DNA of 48,729 nucleotides from Alphaproteobacteria bacterium (GTDB lineage Bacteria; Pseudomonadota; Alphaproteobacteria; Rs-D84): NCBI GenBank assembly GCA_017549445.1, contig JAFYUU010000010.1, positions 1 to 48,729 of the forward strand, read 5' to 3'. Shown piece by piece: positions 38,037 to 46,168 of this stretch (position 1 is its first letter; each line of letters starts with the position of its first letter). The notes under the pieces were generated by a model. It saw only the letters and a program-made list of their open reading frames with translations, ran no database searches and was not told where the DNA came from. The position numbers and the translations under genes were made by a program.

Positions 38037-40985
38037 TTAAAACTGGGTATCAACACAGGACTCAACCGTATCCGCCCATGTTTTACAGTATTTTTTACCA
38101 AATATCGGATTTCTAGTAACCGCACATCTCTGTGTCCTGGTGCAACGATGACACACCAAAATATCCCACTCGAACGTAGATGTCACCGTTTCTTTGAAAT
38201 TCCATTGGTTCAAGGTCTTTGACCCTGTCAACTGTGTTTCTACACTAGTGTCTTCACCATTCGCATTTCCTGATTTAATGTTCCCTGTCAAACCAACTCC
38301 AGCAACGGCAACACCACCCAGTGCAACACCACTGATTGTTTTGCCAAACAATGTTATCGCTGCATTAGTCGTAGCATTAACCCCCAGCCATGGAACCACC
38401 ACCGTTGCAGCAGTCAAGGCAACTGCGGCCATCATTTTACCAAATGGATTCTTTGGTGGTTCTTCAGATTTTGGTAATGCTACACTTTCTGCAAAATCAA
38501 CACATGCCTGACGAGCAATCTCACGCAGAACATCCTTGCTGTTTTCGCCACGATTTTCCGCAATACGTTCACCCATTTTTACATAATCTTGGGTCATCTG
38601 CTCATTTAACTCATCGTATTTTGCATAATAATTGTCCTGCGTTTGTTTCAATGCCGCATTTGCAATCATTGTGCGTATCTGTTTGGTCATCTCAGGGAAT
38701 CGTCCACCCCCCGTCAAATCACGACGTGTCAACTCTTTACCATCTGCATTTTTCATTTTCATACCCTGAACCTCGCGTCCAGTCAAACAGAATTGAACTG
38801 TTGGGTCTGATTCAATTGTTTGAATTGCCATGTCAATATTTTTCTGCAACGTTGACAACTCAGAATTTATCTGACTTTTCTGCTGTTCAGTGACTCCTTC
38901 ATCACTAACCTTGGTCCAATAGTCCGATACGTCAAACGTGCCATCTTCATTTATTTCGATGGAATCCCAATAAATTGTCCCCTCAATCAACGCAACAAAA
39001 GGTTTAATTTCGCCTGTTCCACGTCCTAACTCTTCATCGGATATCATATCAACACTATTTCTACAATCCGAACCACTAATAACAATACTGCCGTCAGCCC
39101 CCTGTTCCAATGCACAAATCTTGTATCCCAGCGTTCGTTTTCCAATATTCTCATCGATTGTCAGTCCCGAACACGTTCCTGAATCTCCACAAACCTTAAC
39201 CACTGCTTCATCAACTGCAGTTTGGCAATAATCCATTAAGTTATTATCAATATTCAAGAAAATACCCTGCACAATACGAGATAGTTCTTCATATACTTTA
39301 TCACCACGAATATCCTCGCTACCATAGACCTTTTGGCATCCAACCAACTTGTCATATGGACACATACGCACAATCGTATCTGTATCCAGTCCCACACACT
39401 GTGTATAATCTTCACCACAGCGATCTTCCGATGTCAGACATTCTTTGACCGCCACGGTGCAAGAATCCACTCGCATAGATGCCAAGCGGGCCACAACAAA
39501 TTCCCATATATCAGATTCTTCTGCCTGTGCCTCGCTTGAATCATCAATACCACATGCATTCAATGGCACCTTGCACACATTTAACATTGTTCCAGGTCTG
39601 GTTAAACACATATCATACGAGCCATCTGGATCATTTGGATCAATATTATCTTTACATGCCTTTTGGAAGCAAGACGATATATTACCAATACAGTCCTGAC
39701 GAGCCCTATCTTCTGCTATCAATTCTGCACTCTTTACCTGGGGGGCTACTTCCTTCAAGAACGTTTCCCAAACCTGACCTGCAACATTTGTGCATTCCTT
39801 TGTGACATATTCACACAATGGTTTCTTGGCCAACAATGTATCGTATGTGGACGCATATATTTCAATTGTGGTCGCACTTCCCTTTACCTTGTATTTTTTT
39901 ATACCACCAGATGTGCTTTTCACAAAATTAGTTGCATCCATTGCCCCCATCGTTGCACAATTCGAGAAATCCTCTCCACAACCACCTGTTTCAATCATAC
40001 ATTCCTTGAACTTAACCGTGCATTGTCCCAAATCATATTTGTTTGCACTACGATATTGATCCAATGCCGTCTGACGCAATGCCTGTTCTGCCGCCGCCAG
40101 TTTATTCGCACTTGACTTTTTCTGTGCATTCAGTGAATTTTCATAAGCAGCACAATCTGAACGCACTTTTTGCGAATACATCATTTTCAACAGTGTCAAT
40201 TCTGTTTCACACTCGGGCATTTGTGCGGCACAAATATTTGCAGCCGCATTATGTAATGCATCACCTGTTTTGCCTTCTATATCCTCAGCAAAAGGATTTT
40301 CTTCGAACAAATCAGCAGCATCCTCGAAATCCAACACATCAGTATCCCACATAGACAAATCTAATTCACGACGTGCCGATGCCCTTTCTTCTTTTTTCTG
40401 GTCTTCGATTGCCTTGTCTGCGGCCTCTTTTGCCATTTTCATTGCCAAATCAGCATCCGCCCCCATTTCCAGACGTTCCACCCCTGCGGTTGCCATCTGA
40501 TAAGACATCTGATCCAATTCTTCAATCTGGGCTAAAATATCATCCAGTTCTGCATTACGATTACTGCAAATACATCTGCCCCCGGTCTCGTTATCCAGCA
40601 TACAGAACGCATCCATACAGCCATCATACTTTGCCTGACATTCTTCACTGACGATTACGTTTTTAGCGGCCGCCTGCACCTTGGTTCCCTTGGCCACAAC
40701 ATTTTGTTTTGCCGCACGTGCCACAACGGTTGATGCCGAAGAAGTTGCCGGCGCTGCACTGCGTGCCACCGTTGTCCGTCCTGAACGCACCATGCCCCCT
40801 GCACTGTCTGCGGGTGTTCGCACGGCACTGCGGGCCGATACAGCACTGCGTGCAGTGGTTGCCTTGCCTGCTGTCTGTTGGGTTGCCTGCCCCCCAGAAC
40901 GCCGTTGTTGGGGCACCGCCGCATCCGCCCCATAAATCAATCCTGCAACAAACATCGAAAACAGTGCTATTTTTTTCATATACAA
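38037..40985 (-). CDS. Large secreted Cys-helical protein with C-terminal hydrophobic/Gly-zipper hairpin
   Basis: Signal peptide, Arg/Ala-rich linker, CTVKFKECMIETGGCGEDFSNC and CTVAVKECLTSEDRCGEDYTQC modules, ISGVALGGVAVAGVGLTG. The start may be 40979. Confidence 0.85.
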   Translation of the reverse strand: MYMKKIALFSMFVAGLIYGADAAVPQQRRSGGQATQQTAGKATTARSAVSARSAVRTPADSAGGMVRSGRTTVARSAAPATSSASTVVARAAKQNVVAKGTKVQAAAKNVIVSEECQAKYDGCMDAFCMLDNETGGRCICSNRNAELDDILAQIEELDQMSYQMATAGVERLEMGADADLAMKMAKEAADKAIEDQKKEERASARRELDLSMWDTDVLDFEDAADLFEENPFAEDIEGKTGDALHNAAANICAAQMPECETELTLLKMMYSQKVRSDCAAYENSLNAQKKSSANKLAAAEQALRQTALDQYRSANKYDLGQCTVKFKECMIETGGCGEDFSNCATMGAMDATNFVKSTSGGIKKYKVKGSATTIEIYASTYDTLLAKKPLCEYVTKECTNVAGQVWETFLKEVAPQVKSAELIAEDRARQDCIGNISSCFQKACKDNIDPNDPDGSYDMCLTRPGTMLNVCKVPLNACGIDDSSEAQAEESDIWEFVVARLASMRVDSCTVAVKECLTSEDRCGEDYTQCVGLDTDTIVRMCPYDKLVGCQKVYGSEDIRGDKVYEELSRIVQGIFLNIDNNLMDYCQTAVDEAVVKVCGDSGTCSGLTIDENIGKRTLGYKICALEQGADGSIVISGSDCRNSVDMISDEELGRGTGEIKPFVALIEGTIYWDSIEINEDGTFDVSDYWTKVSDEGVTEQQKSQINSELSTLQKNIDMAIQTIESDPTVQFCLTGREVQGMKMKNADGKELTRRDLTGGGRFPEMTKQIRTMIANAALKQTQDNYYAKYDELNEQMTQDYVKMGERIAENRGENSKDVLREIARQACVDFAESVALPKSEEPPKNPFGKMMAAVALTAATVVVPWLGVNATTNAAITLFGKTISGVALGGVAVAGVGLTGNIKSGNANGEDTSVETQLTGSKTLNQWNFKETVTSTFEWDILVCHRCTRTQRCAVTRNPIFGKKYCKTWADTVESCVDTQF

Positions 40986-41063
40986 TCCCTCTTTATCTCC
41001 TTTATTCTATCACATATCCCCATTTTATAAAAACACTTTTTTACAAATATTCACAGCACAGTA

Positions 41064-41092
41064 TTGACATTTTATATTTTTTGTCCTATATT
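41064..41092 (+). promoter_or_regulatory. sigma70 promoter for the 41119 gene
   Basis: TTGACA-N17-TATATT. Confidence 0.65.
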
Positions 41093-41118
41093 TTAACAAC
41101 GGGGGGGCAAGACATACA

Positions 41119-41964
41119 ATGAATCAACGAACACCAAATGCCAGCCATGCAAAACAGGACTATACACCTGACCATGACGGCAAGACACATTTCTTTATAC
41201 GAATGCCAATGACACCATTGGCATATTCTGACGCATATGTCATCAGCAATGAAGAATTACGTTGGACAACCGGCATTACCGCCCGCACTGCCCGTCGTGT
41301 CTTAACCGTCGCCGGCAGTGGCGATCATGCCATATTTTATCACCTAAACGGTGCAAAACACATCGACACATTTGACATTTCGTATTGTGCCCGTGCAATT
41401 ATGGACACCAAAACAGCCGCCATACAAACCCTGCCCTATGGGCAATATTGCGAATTACTGTCACGTGCATATAAAAACCCCCACATTGCAAAAATAGACC
41501 TGATGCAACCAGTTCTATCTAAAATGCCGACCGAAACCGCCAACTTTATCCAGCAAATGGACGGCTATCGGATTTTTGCCAATGGCATGGAACCAGAATA
41601 CTATCCACAAAACATGCCATCAGAATCTGAATACCAAAAATTAAAGCAAACATTACAACAGCCATTTAATTTCATATGGTCTGATTTGTATAATCTGCAC
41701 ACCCATTTGTCTGGTGAATACGATGTCATCAATCTGTCGAACATATTTGAATGGGTTCCCCAAACAACCATACCAACACTTGAATCATTGCGTCCACACA
41801 TTCGCCTGGGCGGTCACATAATCGCCCACACATCATGCTTTATAAACCAAGAAAATACCAATCAGTATATGCAAGCCCAAAAGAAATTCAACTGGGCAAA
41901 GATTGGTCTTTACCAAGACACCAAAACCCGTGAATACGCAGTCATATTACAACGCACCAGATAA
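41119..41964 (+). CDS. SAM-dependent methyltransferase-fold protein, DUF3419/BtaA-like (ends LQRTR)
   Basis: SNE, RVLTVAGSGD, IDTFDIS, YDVINLSNIFEW, LRPHIRLGG motifs. Confidence 0.7.
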   Translation: MNQRTPNASHAKQDYTPDHDGKTHFFIRMPMTPLAYSDAYVISNEELRWTTGITARTARRVLTVAGSGDHAIFYHLNGAKHIDTFDISYCARAIMDTKTAAIQTLPYGQYCELLSRAYKNPHIAKIDLMQPVLSKMPTETANFIQQMDGYRIFANGMEPEYYPQNMPSESEYQKLKQTLQQPFNFIWSDLYNLHTHLSGEYDVINLSNIFEWVPQTTIPTLESLRPHIRLGGHIIAHTSCFINQENTNQYMQAQKKFNWAKIGLYQDTKTREYAVILQRTR

Positions 41965-41988
41965 CAAAGAACCGGCATTACGCCGGTT

Positions 41989-42153
41989 TTATCTTTGCTT
42001 CTGAACATTTGTAATTTTTGGCTTCATATCTTCTGGTGGGAACACCCGTTTAAACACGGCATCCGCCAACAATGCAACCGCCACCACAATTCCACACGTT
42101 GCCCCAAAAATCAGGCACCAATCACGAATATTTTTCTGTTTATTTTTATCCAT
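41989..42153 (-). CDS. 54-aa single-TM protein not in the ORF track (ends VQKQR)
   Basis: Manual translation MDKNKQKNIRDWCLIFGATCGIVVAVALLADAVFKRVFPPEDMKPKITNVQKQR. Upstream TGGACA-N17-TAAAGT; ends at the hairpin 41968-41990. Confidence 0.7.
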   Translation of the reverse strand: MDKNKQKNIRDWCLIFGATCGIVVAVALLADAVFKRVFPPEDMKPKITNVQKQR

Positions 42154-42252
42154 ATCTTTTCCGTTTTATACAGAACACTTTACATTGCCCAACACGATAT
42201 GTCCAGAAATAAAAAAACACCCCAATCGGGGCGTTAAATAAGATTTCACAGA

Positions 42253-42696
42253 TTATTCCGCTGTCTTTTCTTCAACAACTTCTTCTGCTTTTTCTTCTTT
42301 TACGGCTGGTTTAACCGCTTTTTTAGCATTTACATCACGATCAACCAATTCGATAATTGCCATAGGTGCTGCGTCACCATAGCGGAACCCTGCCTTCAAC
42401 ACACGGGTATAACCACCTGGACGTTTTGCATAACGTGGGCCCAAGACCTCGAACAACTTTTTAACAGTTGCCCCACTGTTATTACCCAGTTCAGATGCAG
42501 TCAAGCGACGATTTGCAACAGTATCAACCTTGGCACGAGTAATCAGTTTTTCAACGACACTACGTAAATCTTTTGCTTTTGGCAAAGTAGTTTTAATCTG
42601 TTCTTTTTCAATCAAGTTTTTTGCCAGACCGACAAACAAGGCCTTGCGTGCATTTGTGTCGCGATTAAAAGTGCGACCTGCTTTCATATGTCTCAT
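42253..42696 (-). CDS. rplQ: 50S ribosomal protein L17
   Basis: [40 protein letters not shown]. Confidence 0.98.
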   Translation of the reverse strand: MRHMKAGRTFNRDTNARKALFVGLAKNLIEKEQIKTTLPKAKDLRSVVEKLITRAKVDTVANRRLTASELGNNSGATVKKLFEVLGPRYAKRPGGYTRVLKAGFRYGDAAPMAIIELVDRDVNAKKAVKPAVKEEKAEEVVEEKTAE

Positions 42697-42790
42697 CGAT
42701 TACTCCTTTTTTTGTTTCTGCCCACCACAATGGTGGGATTTTTTCACGAGACGTCCATGACCTGATTTTCATCAGAACCATGGGGTTAAA

Positions 42791-42910
42791 TTATTGAGCC
42801 CTGGCCCCATCTTTACCAAAGAAAATCATACGAAACATTTGTGCAATCACACTTTCGCCCTGCAAAAATTTTTGCTTTTTGTTTTTCGTTTTCTTTGTAT
42901 CTGTTGCCAT
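42791..42910 (-). CDS. Possible 39-aa basic peptide upstream of rplQ
   Basis: MATDTKKTKNKKQKFLQGESVIAQMFRMIFFGKDGARAQ, preceded by TTGCAA-N16-TATAAA (42950-42923). Confidence 0.35.
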   Translation of the reverse strand: MATDTKKTKNKKQKFLQGESVIAQMFRMIFFGKDGARAQ

Positions 42911-42984
42911 TTTATGCCCTTTTTTATAGCACAATTCTCACATATTGCAAGGAATTTTACCCCTTGCAATGCAAGAAATTAAAA

Positions 42985-43066
42985 GATATGAGATTATTGG
43001 AAGCGTTTGACGGTTCGCAGTGTAGTTGCCCTACATAAGAACCGACAAACGCAACAAGAATCCATA
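42985..43066. repeat. Long imperfect palindrome immediately downstream of rpoA
   Basis: gcgtttg-a-cggttc-gcag-tgtag-ttgcc-ctaca-taa-gaaccg-a-caaacgc with an outer atatg/catat stem. Confidence 0.65.
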
Positions 43067-43075
43067 TATTTTAAT

Positions 43076-44104
43076 TTATTTGTAGGGGTCCTCGTATTTT
43101 TTGGCCAACTCTGCAATATTTTCTGGTGGCCAACCTGGGACTTCCATACCCAAACCTAATCCCATTGCTTCCAATTGAACTTTGATTTCGTTCAAGGACT
43201 TGCGACCAAAGTTTGGTGTTTTCAACATATCGGCTTCGGTCTTTTGGACCAATTCACCCAACCAGTTGATTTTATCGTTCTTCAAGCAGTTGTTTGCACG
43301 AACCGACAATTCCAGTTCATCAACATGCTTTAACAATTTTGGATCAAATGGCAATGCATCTTTTGCTTTTTCTTCTTCGCTTGGTGCATTTACCTGTGCT
43401 GGGTCTTCAAAGTTGATAAAGACAACCAACTGATCCGTCAAGATACGTGCAGCAAATGCGATTGCATCTTCTGGGCTGACCGCACCGTTTGTTTTAACCG
43501 TCAATTCCAGTTTATCATAATCTGTTGACTGACCAACACGTGTTGGCAAAACTTCACTGGCCACATTCAAGATTGGCGAGAAGATAGAATCCACAGGAAT
43601 TGTGCCCAATGGCAAACCATCTGCATGTGCGGACGCAGGCACATAACCACGACCTGTTCCCAATGTGATTTCCATATCCAAATCTGCCCCCTTGTCCAAC
43701 GTGCAGATTTCGACATCTTTATTCATAACTTCCACACCACCGGTTGTTTCAATCATACCTGCTGTCACAACTGCTGGGCCTTTTACTTTCAAGTATGCTT
43801 TATGCTGACCTTCTGTCAGAGCCTTGAAATACACCCCTTTCAGATTCAAGATAATATCGGTCACATCTTCACGAACACCCGAAATACTAGAGAATTCATG
43901 TTGAACCCCATCAATTTTGATACAGATTGGTGCACACCCCTGCAAAGAAGACAACAGAACACGACGCAATGCGGTTCCCAATGTCATACCAAAACCCTTT
44001 TCCAACGGTTCTGCGACCAAAGTTGCGATATTAGAATTATGTTCATCGACCTTGATATCCAATTTCTTTGGTTTAATCAACGTCATCCAGTTTTTTTCAA
44101 TCAT
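43076..44104 (-). CDS. rpoA: DNA-directed RNA polymerase subunit alpha
   Basis: [68 protein letters not shown]. Confidence 0.98.
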   Translation of the reverse strand: MIEKNWMTLIKPKKLDIKVDEHNSNIATLVAEPLEKGFGMTLGTALRRVLLSSLQGCAPICIKIDGVQHEFSSISGVREDVTDIILNLKGVYFKALTEGQHKAYLKVKGPAVVTAGMIETTGGVEVMNKDVEICTLDKGADLDMEITLGTGRGYVPASAHADGLPLGTIPVDSIFSPILNVASEVLPTRVGQSTDYDKLELTVKTNGAVSPEDAIAFAARILTDQLVVFINFEDPAQVNAPSEEEKAKDALPFDPKLLKHVDELELSVRANNCLKNDKINWLGELVQKTEADMLKTPNFGRKSLNEIKVQLEAMGLGLGMEVPGWPPENIAELAKKYEDPYK

Positions 44105-44180
44105 GAATTACCCCTTTTCGGCTTAGTTTATCATTTTCACCAATTCGGTTACGGCGAACCCCATGCTCGCACGCCTGCGG

Positions 44181-44209
44181 ATTTTAACCTACTTTTTCAC
44201 AAAAGTCAA
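44181..44209 (-). promoter_or_regulatory. Dedicated sigma70 promoter for rpoA
   Basis: TTGACT-N17-TAAAAT on the minus strand, about 75 nt upstream of the rpoA ATG. Confidence 0.65.
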
Positions 44210-44290
44210 ACAATATATGCAATAAAATCATTTGTTTTCTGTGCATTTTATGATAGAATTTTTGGGAAGAAAATCCACAAAGGAAAACAC

Positions 44291-44773
44291 ATGAAAAAAT
44301 TATTTACATTACTATCAGTTTTATTGCTATCGGCCTGCACGTTCTATACCGAAGACACATACGAAGATTATTATTATCCCAACCCATACCAAACGACATA
44401 CGTCTACCGTAATTACTGGGAACGAAGTTCTGAACCCGACAGAATCCACTATGTAATTTATGACGATCGTGACCATCACGACTATGACCGCAAACACAGA
44501 TACGACAAGAAACACGATGACCATAAAAAACCAAGCCGTCACGACAAAGATGACAACAAAAAACCAAACAAGGACGACAAACCAAACAATAATAAAAAGC
44601 CAACAACCACCAACCCCACACCGGCGGTTAAACCAATTTCCAAGCCGATAAACACAAACAAACCTTCGGCCCCGAAACGGACAATATCTGGCCCCACCGC
44701 ATCAAAGAAATATGGCACCATAAATTCGGGCAGCCGTGCCAGGGTCACAAAATCATCCGTCACCAGACGTTAA
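44291..44773 (+). CDS. Low-complexity lipoprotein (Tyr-rich, then His/Asp/Lys-rich)
   Basis: RBS AAGGA; MKKLFTLLSVLLLSAC lipobox. Confidence 0.8.
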   Translation: MKKLFTLLSVLLLSACTFYTEDTYEDYYYPNPYQTTYVYRNYWERSSEPDRIHYVIYDDRDHHDYDRKHRYDKKHDDHKKPSRHDKDDNKKPNKDDKPNNNKKPTTTNPTPAVKPISKPINTNKPSAPKRTISGPTASKKYGTINSGSRARVTKSSVTRR

Positions 44774-44797
44774 AAAATCCCCAAAATGGGGATTTTT
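44772..44797. terminator. Bidirectional intrinsic terminator
   Basis: aaaaaatcccca-aaa-tggggattttt. Confidence 0.85.
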
Positions 44798-44981
44798 ATT
44801 TTTTCTTTTGCTGGGCATTTGCGATTACACGTTGCAAATCCATTTTCATCATATCCAGATGCCTAATGACCGCAGACAAATCGTGAACCGTTATATTTCT
44901 GGTATTCAGCATTTTGCGTATAAATGTGACATCCCCCTGCAACTGTTCCTTGGCATCATCATCCAACAATTTAGTCCGCAT
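44796..44981 (-). CDS. Small hypothetical helical protein
   Basis: 61-aa ORF 15 nt downstream of the 44997 gene, ending at the terminator. Confidence 0.55.
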   Translation of the reverse strand: MRTKLLDDDAKEQLQGDVTFIRKMLNTRNITVHDLSAVIRHLDMMKMDLQRVIANAQQKKK

Positions 44982-44996
44982 TACTTGACCCCGGGC

Positions 44997-45554
44997 TTAT
45001 TTTTGATTTTGTCCGGTCACAATCCATGCAACATCCGCCATTGTTGCCGACATTCTGGTTCCCATCCCAGACAACAACTGTGGCATCGCCTCGGCAACAA
45101 ATGCACTATTTGCACAAGCCGACAAACACGCCCAGCGATTCGGCAACGGGTTCAACTTGCCTGTAATTTTATCACGTGTCAAAATCGTTCCATACGCCAA
45201 AGGATGCTTTTCACTTGCCATCGCCACGACAGGATGCGTCATATGCTGAATCAATTTTGGCTGTGGAAAGGTTGTTTTTGGCACTGCAATACCTGCAACC
45301 CCCACGACCTCGCAATCTGACCACTGTCTTTCAACACGGCGAACCAATCCCTTAAAGTCCACACCATCACGAATCAATGGAAACCCATGATATTGAAAAC
45401 GATTCCACATCTTGGCATCCAGATTATAGACAACCGCCCCATAATCAAATCTTCCCAAAATATCCGCCAAACGTTCCTGGGTCAAAACTTCTTTTTCTTT
45501 TGCATATTGAACTTTTGGTTGTCCCCAACCAAACAAATTCTTGAAACTTTTCAT
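44997..45554 (-). CDS. Hypothetical protein, paralogue of 37517..38011 (ends GQNQK)
   Basis: GTILTRDKITGKLNPLPNRW motif. Start uncertain (45554 or 45563). Confidence 0.75.
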   Translation of the reverse strand: MKSFKNLFGWGQPKVQYAKEKEVLTQERLADILGRFDYGAVVYNLDAKMWNRFQYHGFPLIRDGVDFKGLVRRVERQWSDCEVVGVAGIAVPKTTFPQPKLIQHMTHPVVAMASEKHPLAYGTILTRDKITGKLNPLPNRWACLSACANSAFVAEAMPQLLSGMGTRMSATMADVAWIVTGQNQK

Positions 45555-45646
45555 TACTTCCATCCTTTTCAACACAATCAAAAACCCCTCCGCCCAATCA
45601 GACGCACCAAACACGTCCACGGACCCAGATGGGGTTTTTCAGAAAA

Positions 45647-46027
45647 TTATTTACAGCGATTGCATGGCCCAACAGGCACAACACGACGTTCGACCTGAAC
45701 ACCCATTGGCTGATACACAGTCACTGGTTGAAACACTTGATAGTGATCAATAACTTCTGTATGAGTTTTCACACGCACTGGCTGTGCGATACGTGCACAC
45801 TTTGCACAGCGATTACATTTATTGCATGACTTGCGACAAGGTTTTACATCTGCACTGGATGCGAAACGCCCACAGGTTGTTTTAACATTATCAACCGAAG
45901 GTGCGACCATTTCATAACTGACATTTTCCCATGTCGTCACTGTTTCAGTTTCCGTCACGACACCATCTGCCACGGCGACACTGGCAAACAACAACGCAAC
46001 CAAAGAACCCAATAATGCTTTTTTCAT
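45647..46027 (-). CDS. Small secreted protein with a CxxxCxxCxxCxxC cluster
   Basis: RBS AAAGGA; signal MKKALLGSLVALLFASVAVA. Confidence 0.75.
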   Translation of the reverse strand: MKKALLGSLVALLFASVAVADGVVTETETVTTWENVSYEMVAPSVDNVKTTCGRFASSADVKPCRKSCNKCNRCAKCARIAQPVRVKTHTEVIDHYQVFQPVTVYQPMGVQVERRVVPVGPCNRCK

Positions 46028-46118
46028 TATTATTCCTTTTTGTGTTCTCATACATTCTCTGTCCGCTGTTTTTCAACCACAGGATAACACAACAAAACCA
46101 TTTGTCCAGAATAAATTG

Positions 46119-46147
46119 AAAAAGTCCCCGTCAAAACTGACGGGGAC
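46119..46147 (-). terminator. Intrinsic terminator after the 46169 gene
   Basis: gtccccgtca-aaac-tgacggggac with a T-run on the minus strand. Confidence 0.75.
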
Positions 46148-46168
46148 GGGACACACATAAAAACCTGT

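Noticed and set aside
42944-42970. CIRCE heat-shock operator
   Set aside because: It has 9-9-9 geometry, but the sequence does not match TTAGCACTC-N9-GAGTGCTAA and it is not near grpE.
43625-44290. N-terminal extension of the 382-aa ORF overlapping rpoA
   Set aside because: The real start is 44291 (RBS plus lipobox); the extension is antisense to rpoA.
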